DNA of 64,000 nt from Bdellovibrionales bacterium (GCA_043739185.1 JAYUEN010000506.1:15682-79681), one strand, 5' to 3'; counted from the first letter of the stretch, positions 18,725 through 29,454 are shown. Numbers and translations are program-made. Notes: generated from the letters alone by a model not told the origin.

Positions 18725-18752
18725 CTATCGGCTCATTCTGGACTTTTCTGGA
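18725..18752 (-). promoter_or_regulatory. Sigma28 (FliA)-like promoter
   Basis: Minus-strand TCCAG-N15-GCCGATAG upstream of 18673. Confidence 0.6.
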
Positions 18753-18872
18753 TCAAAAATGAGTCAATTTTCAAAAAAATCCGTCTTTTTATAAGACGCA
18801 TTGAGCTTGAAAATGGAGCTTAAAAAGGGTTTGGACTTGTCTTGCAAGCCTGCTCGTGTTCCATTTTGAGAC

Positions 18873-19760
18873 ATGAGTCCTCAAGTTCGAAAAGCCATCA
18901 TTCCAGCCGCAGGTCTTGGCACGCGATTTTTGCCCGCGACCAAAAGCATTCCGAAAGAGATGCTACCAATCGTAGATCGCCCCATCATTTTATTTATTGT
19001 CGAAGAAGCGGTTCGAGCTGGAATTGAAGATATCATTATTATTCAAGGTCGACACAAAACCGCGATCGAAGATTTTTTTGATGTTTCGTATGAGCTGCAA
19101 GATAAACTGATGAAAGATGGCCGATCGGAATGGCTTGAGTCTCTACTAAAAATTCAGTCGATGGCCAATGTTATGAGCATTCGACAAAAACAAGCTCTCG
19201 GCTTAGGCCACGCCGTCTATTGCGGTAAACCTATTGTCGGCAATGAGCCTTTTGCAGTTTTGCTTGGTGATGAAATTATGTTGGCTTCTCCGCAACAGCA
19301 AACGGTGACTGAAATTTTGGTGCGTGGCTTTGAGAAAACTTCGCAATCTTGTGTTGCCATCATGAAAGTTGAGGAGTCTGAAGTTTCAAAATATGGCATC
19401 GTTGAAACCACTTCTGCTGCGAATGGCCTTGGACATAAAATCACAAAAGTTATTGAAAAACCGAATGCGGGTCAGACTCAAAGTCGTTGGGCACTTCCGG
19501 GAAGATATGTTTTTAGCGCCGAAATTTTTGCTTTTTTGAAAGATACAAAACCCGGAAAAAATGGCGAAATTCAACTGACCGATGCGATGATGGCCCTCAT
19601 TTTGAAAAATGGTATGCTCGGTTTTGAATTTGATTCTAAACGCTACGACGCCGGCGATAAATTTGGATATTTACAAGCCAATATTGAAATTGCACTTGAA
19701 CATCCACAGCTCAAAGCTCAAATGAAAATTTATCTCCAAAAATTGGCAAAACAGCTTTAA
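18873..19760 (+). CDS. galU: UTP-glucose-1-phosphate uridylyltransferase
   Basis: KAIIPAAGLGTRFLPATKSIPKEMLP, LGLGHA, GEIQLTDA. Confidence 0.97.
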   Translation: MSPQVRKAIIPAAGLGTRFLPATKSIPKEMLPIVDRPIILFIVEEAVRAGIEDIIIIQGRHKTAIEDFFDVSYELQDKLMKDGRSEWLESLLKIQSMANVMSIRQKQALGLGHAVYCGKPIVGNEPFAVLLGDEIMLASPQQQTVTEILVRGFEKTSQSCVAIMKVEESEVSKYGIVETTSAANGLGHKITKVIEKPNAGQTQSRWALPGRYVFSAEIFAFLKDTKPGKNGEIQLTDAMMALILKNGMLGFEFDSKRYDAGDKFGYLQANIEIALEHPQLKAQMKIYLQKLAKQL

Positions 19761-19780
19761 ACTCCATAGGTGATTAGACT

Positions 19781-20641
19781 ATGACTAAAATATTTTTCTC
19801 TCTCTTTACTATAGTGATTTGCCTAGCCGGCTCAGCCTTTGCCTCAATTCCCACGGCCAGCACAATTCTCGGAAGATACACCCACCACAACGGCAAATCC
19901 GCTTATATCATTGAACAAGAGGTGCAATTTCAAACCGATGCTGAACAATATGTCTTACGTGAAAAGTGGATGATTGAAAATGCCTCCTCGATGTATTTGA
20001 TCGTTGGCAGCGACCAAACCGGTAATGGTGCCGCCCATATGGAGGTTCTCTACCATGACAATCGCCGCGTTTACTTTGATAATTTTGGAAGTGTTAAGTC
20101 CGCCGGTCTAAGTACCGAATTCATTGAGCCCTTTATGTTTTTTCACTCCGCCAGAGGCTTACTCGATGCTCTTCAGGCCGCCAAGATTCTACCAGCCTCG
20201 TTTGGCTTAGAAAAACCGCATATTACAAAAATCGAAACCTATAAACCTCAAGTTGAAAGCTTAGTACAACTTTCGCGATCTGGTGGCGTAATCACTTATC
20301 AATTTGGCGAGTTGACTCCACCAAATATCGAAAAACTCAATCCTGCATTTTGGATAGATCAAGACTCCTTTAATTTTCGTAGAATGCGTTTTCCGACGCA
20401 AGCAGAAGTCCTAGCCGATAAGCACGCACAGTTTTCAGGTGGATTACATTTGCCACGTGAACGCACTGTCAACTGGGATAATCACTCTGCTATCATTCGA
20501 GTGCTTTCCGTTAAGCTATTGCCTAAATCTTCACGCGCTTGGTTTTCTCCGAATTACCTAACCGGTCATGCGGGTCCCACGCAATCTTTGAAGTTACCTC
20601 CTTCACAACAGGTGACAGAGTTCTATTCTAGGTTCAGATGA
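19781..20641 (+). CDS. Exported hypothetical protein
   Basis: Signal peptide ending AFA; operonic between galU and priA. Confidence 0.7.
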   Translation: MTKIFFSLFTIVICLAGSAFASIPTASTILGRYTHHNGKSAYIIEQEVQFQTDAEQYVLREKWMIENASSMYLIVGSDQTGNGAAHMEVLYHDNRRVYFDNFGSVKSAGLSTEFIEPFMFFHSARGLLDALQAAKILPASFGLEKPHITKIETYKPQVESLVQLSRSGGVITYQFGELTPPNIEKLNPAFWIDQDSFNFRRMRFPTQAEVLADKHAQFSGGLHLPRERTVNWDNHSAIIRVLSVKLLPKSSRAWFSPNYLTGHAGPTQSLKLPPSQQVTEFYSRFR

Positions 20642-22677
20642 GCCGCTTTTGGAATGTGGCCGTCGATGCGCCCTTACCTAAGGCGCTCACCTATATAGTG
20701 CCAGAGCATTTGGCCACTGCACGATTAGGTTTAATTGGTCAATCCGTATTGGTTCCCTTGGGAAAAAGACAAGTCAACGGGGTTCTACTCTCTGAAGTCA
20801 CGTCCCTTGAGCCCAGCGAATTCAAAGTGAAAGAAGTATTCGAATTTCACGAAAATCGACCCCAACTTTTAAGACATCAACTCGAATGGCTGAGTTGGCT
20901 TTCTCAATATTATTTTTATCCGATTGGCCAAGTTTTTGAAATGAGTTTTGCTCCCTTAGAAAAGCAGCTGAAAGAGAGAAAGTCTAACAAACGCCCCGTC
21001 ATAAAAGCGGCTGCCGCCATAGCTGCACCCAAACATACGCAAGAGCAAAAAAAAGTTATTTCAGATATCTCAGCCCATTCAGACTTTTCAACTCATCTTA
21101 TTTTTGGAGTAACCGGCTCCGGTAAAACTGAAATTTATATTTCACTTTTAGAGAAAGTCATTGCACTGGGAAAACAAGCCATTGTTTTGGTTCCAGAAAT
21201 TTCTCTCACCCCACAGCTAATTGATCGCTTTTCAGCCCGTCTTGGCGATCACATTGCCGCCATTCATTCACATCTCACACCTCGAGAAAAGACCAATCAG
21301 TGGTGGCTAATGCAAACCGGACAAAAACAAATTCTCATTGGCGCTCGCTCTGCACTTTTTTGCCCGATACAAAGCCTTGGACTGATTGTTATAGATGAAG
21401 AACATGAATCGAGCTTCAAACAAGATGAAAAGCTGCGCTATCATGCACGAGACAGCGCGGTGATGCTTGGCAAATTTTCGAATTGCCCGGTGGTTCTCGG
21501 ATCAGCAACACCCAGTCTTGAGAGCTGGAACAATGTTTTAAACAAACGCTATCATCTTCATGAACTCAAAGAACGTGTTGAAAATCGCGCCATGCCTGAA
21601 GTTGAGATTGTTGACTTGAAACTTGAGCGCGATCAAGAAAAGCAAGCCGGCATCAAAACAGATCGACCCTTTTGGATGAGCCTGAGAATGCAAGAGGTGC
21701 TCAACGAAACTTTCGATAAGAAAAAACAATCTGCGATTTTTTTAAATCGCAGAGGTGTCGCCCAATCGGTTGTCTGTCCTGCCTGTGGCGCAACTCCAGA
21801 GTGTCCAAACTGCGCAGTCAGTCTCACCCTGCACGGAAAAAATCATTTGCTCTGTCACTATTGTGATTACCGCGAAGTACTCACAAAGAAATGCAAGGAG
21901 TGCCCAGACGGAGAGCCTCGTCCACTCGGCCTCGGCACCGAATTGATTGAGCAAGATATTCAAAAGCTTTATCCCAGCGCTTCAGTTTTGAGAATGGATC
22001 GCGATGAAATCAATACTCGCGAAGAACTTGAAGAGGCTATCTCCTCCATCGAATTCGGCGATGTTGATTTTGTTGTGGGCACGCAAATGATTGCAAAGGG
22101 ACTTGATTTTCCGAGGCTAACCACCGTGGCGATTGTGATGGCGGACGTGGCATTCAACCTTCCTGACTTTCGCGCCAGTGAACACAGCTTTCAATTGCTC
22201 ACGCAAGTCAGTGGCCGCTCTGGCCGGCACTTGAGTGAAGGCGCCGGCAAGGTACTTGTTCAAACCTACAATCCGGATCACCCCAGTATTCAATTTGCAA
22301 GTCGTCATGATTTTATCAATTTTAGCAGCCATGAACTCGATTTTCGAAAGGCACTCAATTATCCGCCCTTCGGAAAACTTGCGGTTTTAAGAATTCAGGG
22401 ATTGGATCTCGATTCGACGCAAAAGGAATGTTTGCGCATTCGAAGTTTGAGCACCCGTTTGAAAGACTCAAATGTCGAGTATGCTAAAGTTGAAATTCTA
22501 GGGCCGGCCCCAGCACCACTACAAAAAATAAGAAATAAATATCGCTTTCAAATGTTGCTCAAGGCTTCAGACGCTCACAGTTTGACTCATTTTTGTCGGC
22601 AATTGATGAAGTATTATAAACCAAGTTCGACTCGACTATCGGTCAGTCTAGACATCGATGCCATTCATTTGCTTTAA
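20638..22677 (+). CDS. priA: Primosomal protein N' (replication restart helicase)
   Basis: GVTGSGKTE, DEEH, SATPS, CxxC zinc motifs, GTQMIAKGLDFP. Confidence 0.97.
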   Translation: MSRFWNVAVDAPLPKALTYIVPEHLATARLGLIGQSVLVPLGKRQVNGVLLSEVTSLEPSEFKVKEVFEFHENRPQLLRHQLEWLSWLSQYYFYPIGQVFEMSFAPLEKQLKERKSNKRPVIKAAAAIAAPKHTQEQKKVISDISAHSDFSTHLIFGVTGSGKTEIYISLLEKVIALGKQAIVLVPEISLTPQLIDRFSARLGDHIAAIHSHLTPREKTNQWWLMQTGQKQILIGARSALFCPIQSLGLIVIDEEHESSFKQDEKLRYHARDSAVMLGKFSNCPVVLGSATPSLESWNNVLNKRYHLHELKERVENRAMPEVEIVDLKLERDQEKQAGIKTDRPFWMSLRMQEVLNETFDKKKQSAIFLNRRGVAQSVVCPACGATPECPNCAVSLTLHGKNHLLCHYCDYREVLTKKCKECPDGEPRPLGLGTELIEQDIQKLYPSASVLRMDRDEINTREELEEAISSIEFGDVDFVVGTQMIAKGLDFPRLTTVAIVMADVAFNLPDFRASEHSFQLLTQVSGRSGRHLSEGAGKVLVQTYNPDHPSIQFASRHDFINFSSHELDFRKALNYPPFGKLAVLRIQGLDLDSTQKECLRIRSLSTRLKDSNVEYAKVEILGPAPAPLQKIRNKYRFQMLLKASDAHSLTHFCRQLMKYYKPSSTRLSVSLDIDAIHLL

Positions 22678-22762
22678 CCACGACTAGTCGAACTGGTGTT
22701 CTAGTGTCATAATAAAAGGGCCTTTCCTTTAATATTGTTTACCGAGAGCCAGGAGAGAGATC

Positions 22763-23629
22763 TTGATTTGCCCGAACTGTGGAGAAGAAGCTGAGTCGCT
22801 AAGTCCGGTTGATGCCGGTCTAAAGCTTCGCTTGCAATCCAACGGCGAATTGCAAAATATTCCTCTAGAAATTTGCAGCAAATGTATCAAAAAGCTTTCA
22901 AAATCTCTTTCGCAAGGCGCGCTTTTAAGAAAAAATGCACAAGCAAAAGAGCAAAACAGATTGATGCTATGGCGCTCAAGAGTAAATTTGGTAAAGCAAG
23001 CCAAAACCTATATGAAAAAGAAAAGTTTTTCTGATGCCGCGGTTACTTATGAAAAATATCTACGTGTCTTAGAGATTGTCTATGACAAAAAAGCCGGTGA
23101 ACTGACTCCTGATCTTTTCAATAACGAAGCTCGTAGATCTGAAATGACGGTTATCGCTTCCGTTTATTGGGACCTGATGCGCATTTACGATACCAGCCCA
23201 AAGCATATCGAACGTCTTGATAAGTCGGGCGAGAAACTGGCTGCCTTTGCTCGTTTCACTCCCATCTACACGAGCATATTGAGACGTGCCGAAGCCGAAG
23301 TTCGCAATGCTCAAAATCCAAAATCTTTCAAAAAATTTCTGTCGAGAGCGCAAACGCTCAGAAGTCGATGTTTCATTGCCACCTCTGCCTTTAATTACGA
23401 AAGTCCGACTGTACTTATACTATGCCGCTTTCGGGATGAGTTTCTTTTAAATTTTTCGCTCGGGCGAATTTTAATTAATTTATATTATTTTTTTGCGCCT
23501 GCTTGCGCGCGCGGCCTTGATCGGTTGTCACTTTTTAAACCCTTGATTCGAGTCATACTTTCCGGACTCGGTCACTTAATTAGCTTATTTTTAACGCCCG
23601 AGAGCCAATCAGATAAGCATCTTCTATAA
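22763..23629 (+). CDS. CFI-box-CTERM domain protein with N-terminal Zn-finger and TPR-like helices
   Basis: CPNC..CSKC; C-terminal CFIATSAF...LCRFRD..L...GR..I..YY. Confidence 0.75.
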   Translation: MICPNCGEEAESLSPVDAGLKLRLQSNGELQNIPLEICSKCIKKLSKSLSQGALLRKNAQAKEQNRLMLWRSRVNLVKQAKTYMKKKSFSDAAVTYEKYLRVLEIVYDKKAGELTPDLFNNEARRSEMTVIASVYWDLMRIYDTSPKHIERLDKSGEKLAAFARFTPIYTSILRRAEAEVRNAQNPKSFKKFLSRAQTLRSRCFIATSAFNYESPTVLILCRFRDEFLLNFSLGRILINLYYFFAPACARGLDRLSLFKPLIRVILSGLGHLISLFLTPESQSDKHLL

Positions 23630-23675
23630 AATTATTATCTTGAATCCTGACAAAATTTTAGGGATCGTAAAGCCT

Positions 23676-24821
23676 ATGGCACAAAAACTTTCGACAAACG
23701 AATTTGATCTTATCATTGTTGGTGGCGGACTCTCGGGACTTCTCTTTGCCTCTCGCCTTATCAATTCTCAAAAAAAAATTGCTCTTGTGGATGCGGGTGA
23801 AGACTTAGGTGGGAACTCAAAGGCCTTTACCACCACGTATGGCCAAATGGATTACGAACTCAAATTTTTGCCAAATACCCCTACTTCTGATGCGAGCATT
23901 GCTTGGCTTGAAGACTGTTTAGATCAAAAAATAGGTGCCCAATTGATTGAACGAACTCCGCAGAGTTATGACGCGGGAAAATTAAAAAGTTTCATCGGCT
24001 TTGGCGACAATGCTGCAAAATCTTGCCACGAAATTAATTACTACGCGGCCGCAAATTTCTATGAATTTGATAAAACGCCTAAGGATTGGGTTCAAATACT
24101 CAAAGCTCGAATTGCCGAGCAAAAAAATATTCATATTTTCAACAAAAGTGAAGTCACGGCCTTGTTAAACCAGGGACATAAACTCAGCGGTGTCGTATTA
24201 AATGCTCATCAAAACCTGAGTGCTCACGAGTTCATTTGGACAGCCCCTATTCATAGCCTTGCCAATTTAACGAATGAAGAAAATTTGCCACTTCGGCAAA
24301 AACAAAAATTAGCAAAAACAAGTTTTTTTGCTTCAGTTCATCTTGATTTAATTTTTTCAAAAAAAGTCAGCGCGCAAAATGAGATGCTCATTCTACAGGG
24401 GGCAAATGAAGAACCTTTAGTCGGTCGCTTTTCAGATTTAGCTGGCGGTCAGCAATTGTCACAATGGGTTTGTTTAATTCCTAATCAAGAATCTGACAGT
24501 GAGGAATTGGTGGCTTCAATATTAAAATATATGAAGCGCCAAATCACTCGTGTTTATGATAATGGCATTATGGCTTTCAAAATCTATGAACGCATCACAC
24601 TCAATAATTATACTCACGGAAAACTCAGCTTTGATCGCGAAGATTCCCAGTTTGGAAAGTTTGAAAACCTTTGGGTAAGCCAGGCATCTCTTAGCCAAAT
24701 TGGCAATTTACTTGGTTGCCTAGAACAATCTGAATTGGCTTGGAGAAATTATAAGAAAACCCAAATCGCTTCTTCTGAACTTCAGGTTGCGCGCACGTTC
24801 CACTCAGAATTCACAATCTGA
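23676..24821 (+). CDS. FAD/NAD(P)-binding oxidoreductase-like protein
   Basis: FDLIIVGGGLSGL...LGG Rossmann motif. Confidence 0.65.
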   Translation: MAQKLSTNEFDLIIVGGGLSGLLFASRLINSQKKIALVDAGEDLGGNSKAFTTTYGQMDYELKFLPNTPTSDASIAWLEDCLDQKIGAQLIERTPQSYDAGKLKSFIGFGDNAAKSCHEINYYAAANFYEFDKTPKDWVQILKARIAEQKNIHIFNKSEVTALLNQGHKLSGVVLNAHQNLSAHEFIWTAPIHSLANLTNEENLPLRQKQKLAKTSFFASVHLDLIFSKKVSAQNEMLILQGANEEPLVGRFSDLAGGQQLSQWVCLIPNQESDSEELVASILKYMKRQITRVYDNGIMAFKIYERITLNNYTHGKLSFDREDSQFGKFENLWVSQASLSQIGNLLGCLEQSELAWRNYKKTQIASSELQVARTFHSEFTI

Positions 24822-24983
24822 ATAGTAACTCCTCGCCGTTTTTTTCGGCTCTCAATTTAAGACAAAATTAAATCATTCAAATTTTGTCTATTTTTTTACT
24901 TAGGAAACACTTAGTTTCTAAAAACTTTTTCTAATCGCTAAGTTCACCTAATCTAAATGTAACAATTCAGAATGGGAGTCTTT

Positions 24984-26021
24984 ATGAACTTCGGGCAGAA
25001 CTTTAAATATCTTTTATGGACCTTTTTTTCTTGCGTGCTCACTTCAAGTTTTTTTCAAAACTGCAGTATGGATAAATTCGACGTACGCCCCAATGAATCT
25101 GTGCAGTCAAATTTCCTCCCAACTGCGCCATCTGCTTCAGCCAACCTCCCCGTACAACCGCAGCCTATCAATACTACAAACGGCAGCAATAGTACTTGCG
25201 TGAAGCCGGCACGTTTCACGGATCCAAGCTTCGATCCCTGTGAAGACTTTGGACCCTTCGCAACGGACTTGCAAAACTATTGCAACTGTAAAAATCCTCC
25301 TACCGGAGCCAATTCGGGCACGGGGAGTTCAGGTAAATCTTGCCTGTTCAACGGCTTATCTGTTCCTAGTGGCACGAGCTTTTTGGCCTATCAATCAGCG
25401 AATGTGGCATACGGATTGTCTTGTATTTCTCAACAAAGAACCTGCAGCAACGGAAGCCTCAATGGCAGCTTCAACTTTGTTTCTTGTAGAGTTGACCCAC
25501 CGGCCGCGCCTATAGACCAAGCCACTTGTGCAATCGGAGCGGCGCCAGAAGTAGAATTTAATCTAACTGACGGTTATCTAGCATTCTCAACCGGTTCGGC
25601 GTCTACTAGCGCCATCAATAATGGTTATCGCAATGAAATCTATCCTGACTTTGGCAACAATAATGTTCTGGTTTTTAAAATGAATGTCCCCTCTCTGTTT
25701 TCGACTGTGGGCAAAAATTATCTTCCAGGTCTTGTGGCTTCGAATTCGCCAGTCACTCAAATTTCAACAAGAACCGTTAGCGTATCTGAATGTCCAAATG
25801 ACTTTTCTTCAAGCTCTGTTTTAGTATCTCAAGGCAACAGTGATTTTGTGGTTAGTTTCACGACCGAAATCAATCGAGCCGGAAACGGTGTTGCGCTGGT
25901 TAAGCCCAACAAAGTGTATTTTTTAAACATTAAAAATACAAACTGCCCGGTACTAAATCCTCGAAACCCTAATGCAGGAATTTGTCACTTAGATGGCCAA
26001 TATAGAAATTGGAATCAATAG
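24984..26021 (+). CDS. FQNC-motif Cys-rich exported protein (paralog A)
   Basis: FFQNC; GGGAG RBS; C-terminal domain shared with next gene. Confidence 0.75.
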   Translation: MNFGQNFKYLLWTFFSCVLTSSFFQNCSMDKFDVRPNESVQSNFLPTAPSASANLPVQPQPINTTNGSNSTCVKPARFTDPSFDPCEDFGPFATDLQNYCNCKNPPTGANSGTGSSGKSCLFNGLSVPSGTSFLAYQSANVAYGLSCISQQRTCSNGSLNGSFNFVSCRVDPPAAPIDQATCAIGAAPEVEFNLTDGYLAFSTGSASTSAINNGYRNEIYPDFGNNNVLVFKMNVPSLFSTVGKNYLPGLVASNSPVTQISTRTVSVSECPNDFSSSSVLVSQGNSDFVVSFTTEINRAGNGVALVKPNKVYFLNIKNTNCPVLNPRNPNAGICHLDGQYRNWNQ

Positions 26022-26143
26022 GCGTGAGTAGCTAAATAAAAATTTTTAAATCTCATTTTGAAACAAATTTTCATCAACATATAACTCGCAATTAAAAGGA
26101 AACACTTTTCTCGGAGTCCTCGCCAAATAATTTAAGCTGCAAC

Positions 26144-26171
26144 TCAAGTTTCTAGACCTTTGTGCCGAAAT
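26144..26171 (+). promoter_or_regulatory. Sigma28 (FliA)-like promoter
   Basis: TCAAG-N15-GCCGAAAT upstream of ATG 26190. Confidence 0.6.
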
Positions 26172-26189
26172 GAGAAGTAGGGAGAAATA

Positions 26190-27212
26190 ATGCGCGTAAC
26201 CCACCGAAAGATCGTAGCATTTATTGGATTTGGCTTATTTGCTGTCGCTTTATTATGGCAAAACTGTGGCGATATCAATCTGTCAAAAGGCAATGTAGAT
26301 GCTTCTGCTTCTTTGGTCTGCCCCGATTTTGCAAATTCAAAACCTGAAAATATTTACGAAGATGCTTCACTCGATCCATTAAAAGTATTGTTTAAAGTAA
26401 ATGAATTAGATTTGAGTAATCAATTGATTTCCTCACAGAGAACTTTTCAGTGGTACATCAATGACTCTTTGATTTCATCTGGTCCGAGTCTTGAAAAAAA
26501 TCTTTCCGACTTTTCTTTCTGTCAAAGTCAGAATATCCAGGCCAAATTAGTCGCATGTGGCAATACTTACGTTTGGAAAAAATCATACTTGAAATCGAAT
26601 TCTACTTGTATGCCGACGCCGACGCCGACGCCTACACCAAGTCCCACACCAACCCCGACGCCCCCGCCCGGCGCCACCGTCTCTTGTCCTGCAAGTGCTA
26701 GCCCCAATATTATTTTCAATACCGGCACAACAAATTATTTTGCATTCTCGACAGGTATTTCAAGTACGAGATCAATAACAGGCGATGATCCTGTTATTGT
26801 CTCCCCTGATAGCGGTTATAAAAATCGCATTTATGACGATTATGGACGAGGCAATGTTGTTATTTTCAAGATCATCGTCGACTCCAATTTCTCAACCGTC
26901 GGCAAAGTTTATTTACCTGGCATTGTGGGAGCCAATTCTCCGGTAAGCCAGATCTCAGTTAGAGCTATTACAATTTCTGAGTGTCCTAATGATTTTTCCT
27001 CGAGAGCTGTGCTTATCTCGGATTCCTCTAGTGATTTTGTAATCAGCTTTACAACTGAATCGAGTCGCGCCGGCATCGGCAAAGTCTTAGTACAACCAAA
27101 CAAGGTTTATTATTTAAACATCAAAAATGTAACTTGCCCACTGGCAAATCCGCAAAATCCGTACTCTGGAATATGCGATTTGGACGGCCAGTATCGAAAC
27201 TGGAATCAATAG
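26190..27212 (+). CDS. WQNC-motif exported protein with PT linker (paralog B)
   Basis: LLWQNC; PTPTPT linker; ends DGQYRNWNQ like paralog A. Confidence 0.75.
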   Translation: MRVTHRKIVAFIGFGLFAVALLWQNCGDINLSKGNVDASASLVCPDFANSKPENIYEDASLDPLKVLFKVNELDLSNQLISSQRTFQWYINDSLISSGPSLEKNLSDFSFCQSQNIQAKLVACGNTYVWKKSYLKSNSTCMPTPTPTPTPSPTPTPTPPPGATVSCPASASPNIIFNTGTTNYFAFSTGISSTRSITGDDPVIVSPDSGYKNRIYDDYGRGNVVIFKIIVDSNFSTVGKVYLPGIVGANSPVSQISVRAITISECPNDFSSRAVLISDSSSDFVISFTTESSRAGIGKVLVQPNKVYYLNIKNVTCPLANPQNPYSGICDLDGQYRNWNQ

Positions 27213-27228
27213 CGAAACCTGTCGTACG

Positions 27229-29454
27229 CTAAAGATTTCGCTCAAAAAAATCAACCACTGTTTTGAAAACATGGGTTTGATTTTCTTTACCACTTATTCC
27301 GTGCTTAGCTCCAGGATAAGTTACGGACTCATAAAGCTTGCCAGCCATTTGCAGCTGCTTAAAAAGTAAAGTCGTGTTCGTAAAAAGTACGTTATCATCG
27401 GCCATTCCATGCATAACCAATAACTTGGCTTTTAGAGCTGAAACTTTTTCTAAATTATTCGCCCGCTTATAAGCCTCGACTTCTTCTTTGGGCTTCCCCA
27501 TATAGCGTTCAGTATAATGAGTATCGTAAAGTGCAAAATCTAATACTGGCGCAACCGCAACATTGGCTTTATATAGATCTGGCTTTTTCAAGGCGAGGCT
27601 GACTGAAAGATAGCCTCCGTAACTCCAGCCAAAAAAACCGACGCGCTTTAAGTCGATAAAGCCAAGCGAGGCCAAATGCTCGACTCCCGCGGCTTGATCT
27701 TCAACTTCAACGCTGCCAAATGCCCGATCCAAATAATTTTCAAACTTTTTACCGCGCCTTGCAGATCCCCTATTGTCAAACGAAGCAACTATAAATCCCT
27801 TCGTCGTCAGAACTTCTGACACCATTTCCATTTTGCCGCCCCAAAATTTGCCAACGACTTGCACATGAGGCCCTCCATAGCCAATCACCACCAAGGGATA
27901 TTTCTTTTTAGCGTCAAAATTCTTTGGCTTATATATTCTGAAATAAATGTCGTCTCCCGAAGGACCTTTAAAATTGCCGTACTCGGGACCTACCAATGAA
28001 TCGTTGAATTCAAAAAGTGGATGCCCTTGCTTCACTTCATTTTTTGAAAGTACCGCAACCAGCTCGCCGCTGGCTTTGTTCAATGAGACTTGTGGCGGGA
28101 TCAAAGGCGCTGAATACGTGTGAACAAAAAAGCTCGCAGACTTATTCATTGCAGCCTCGTGAAAGCCTGCTTCATGGGTCAGACTTTCAGGCTCCCCTGG
28201 GCTTTCGAGCGAAACGCGGTAAAGATGTTTTTCTAAATTATTCTTTTTATTAGAGGTGAAATACACCCAACCCTGATCCTCATCAACTCCAACCAAGGAG
28301 TCGACTAAGTATTCGCCTTGGGTGAGTGGGCGAATAAGTTCGCCGGTCTTTTTATATAAGTAAAGATGACGAAATCCTGAACGCTCTGAACTCCAAATGA
28401 GTCGAGGAGTTTTTTTAAGCCAGCGCCAATTCGCACTCAGATTGATCCAATGAGGATCCTTTTCCGAAAAAAGTTTCACTGTGGTTTTATTCAAAGGATT
28501 GTATAAAAAGCATTCTAAAGTCTTTTGGTCACGACTTTCAATTTGATAAAATAGCTCGCCGGTATGAGTCCACGCAACATCAGCTAAATAAATATCGGTG
28601 TTTTTGCCAAGCGGAACCCATTGAATAGTGGGCGCGCCTTTTTTGACGCTTTCTACTTTGACAACAGCCAATTGAACAATGGCATTGGCAGAGCCTGCCT
28701 CGGGGTAACGCTGCTTTCGAACCACAACCGAATCCGCCTGAATATCATAGCGATCAACGATCTTGACCGGTGATTCATCTACTCGGGTATACGCTATATA
28801 CTTTTCGTCTTGTGACCACCAGTATCCCGTAAAGCGATCCATTTCTTCTTGTGCAATGAATTCGGCAACGCCGTTTGAAATGCTTTTTTTGCCGTCAGAG
28901 GTAATGCGAAATTCTTTTTTACTCGCTTCTTCAAGTAAAAATAAATCTTGGCCCCGAACAAATGAAATATAGTGGTCTTCGGGTGAAAACTTCACATCGG
29001 TTTCAGAAGCGTGTTTTTGCGTGAGCGGCAAAAGTTTGCCACCAAATTTATAGAGAAAAAGATCGCCACCTGCCGGAAAAACAATCTGATCACCCTTATT
29101 CGACCAAAAATATTCGACAATACCCTTGCTCGAAATTCTCATGCGTTCTCGTCGAGCCTTTTCAGCTTCTGAGAGTTCGCCAAACTTCAAAGAATTGGAG
29201 TCAACCAAGAGACGTGGCTCACCAGTCTTGAGATCAAATTCCCACAGATCTAAGACTTCATAATTGTCAGTCTTGGGACGTAAAAAAGACAGCCTGTCCC
29301 CGCTAGGCGAAAAGCGCAGGCCCGTTGGGGCCGATCCATTTAAATCTGGACTCGAAAAGACCCGCTCAATACTAAGGGTATTTGAAAAACCAGATTGATA
29401 AGATAAAAGAATAAACCACAAACTTAGCGTCGTTATTGTTTTCATAACTGACAA
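27229..29454 (-). CDS. Dipeptidyl peptidase IV-like serine peptidase (S9B)
   Basis: GWSYGG nucleophile, HGMADDNV, YPGAKH; DPPIV_N propeller (AEFIAQEEM). Confidence 0.93.
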   Translation of the reverse strand: MSVMKTITTLSLWFILLSYQSGFSNTLSIERVFSSPDLNGSAPTGLRFSPSGDRLSFLRPKTDNYEVLDLWEFDLKTGEPRLLVDSNSLKFGELSEAEKARRERMRISSKGIVEYFWSNKGDQIVFPAGGDLFLYKFGGKLLPLTQKHASETDVKFSPEDHYISFVRGQDLFLLEEASKKEFRITSDGKKSISNGVAEFIAQEEMDRFTGYWWSQDEKYIAYTRVDESPVKIVDRYDIQADSVVVRKQRYPEAGSANAIVQLAVVKVESVKKGAPTIQWVPLGKNTDIYLADVAWTHTGELFYQIESRDQKTLECFLYNPLNKTTVKLFSEKDPHWINLSANWRWLKKTPRLIWSSERSGFRHLYLYKKTGELIRPLTQGEYLVDSLVGVDEDQGWVYFTSNKKNNLEKHLYRVSLESPGEPESLTHEAGFHEAAMNKSASFFVHTYSAPLIPPQVSLNKASGELVAVLSKNEVKQGHPLFEFNDSLVGPEYGNFKGPSGDDIYFRIYKPKNFDAKKKYPLVVIGYGGPHVQVVGKFWGGKMEMVSEVLTTKGFIVASFDNRGSARRGKKFENYLDRAFGSVEVEDQAAGVEHLASLGFIDLKRVGFFGWSYGGYLSVSLALKKPDLYKANVAVAPVLDFALYDTHYTERYMGKPKEEVEAYKRANNLEKVSALKAKLLVMHGMADDNVLFTNTTLLFKQLQMAGKLYESVTYPGAKHGISGKENQTHVFKTVVDFFERNL

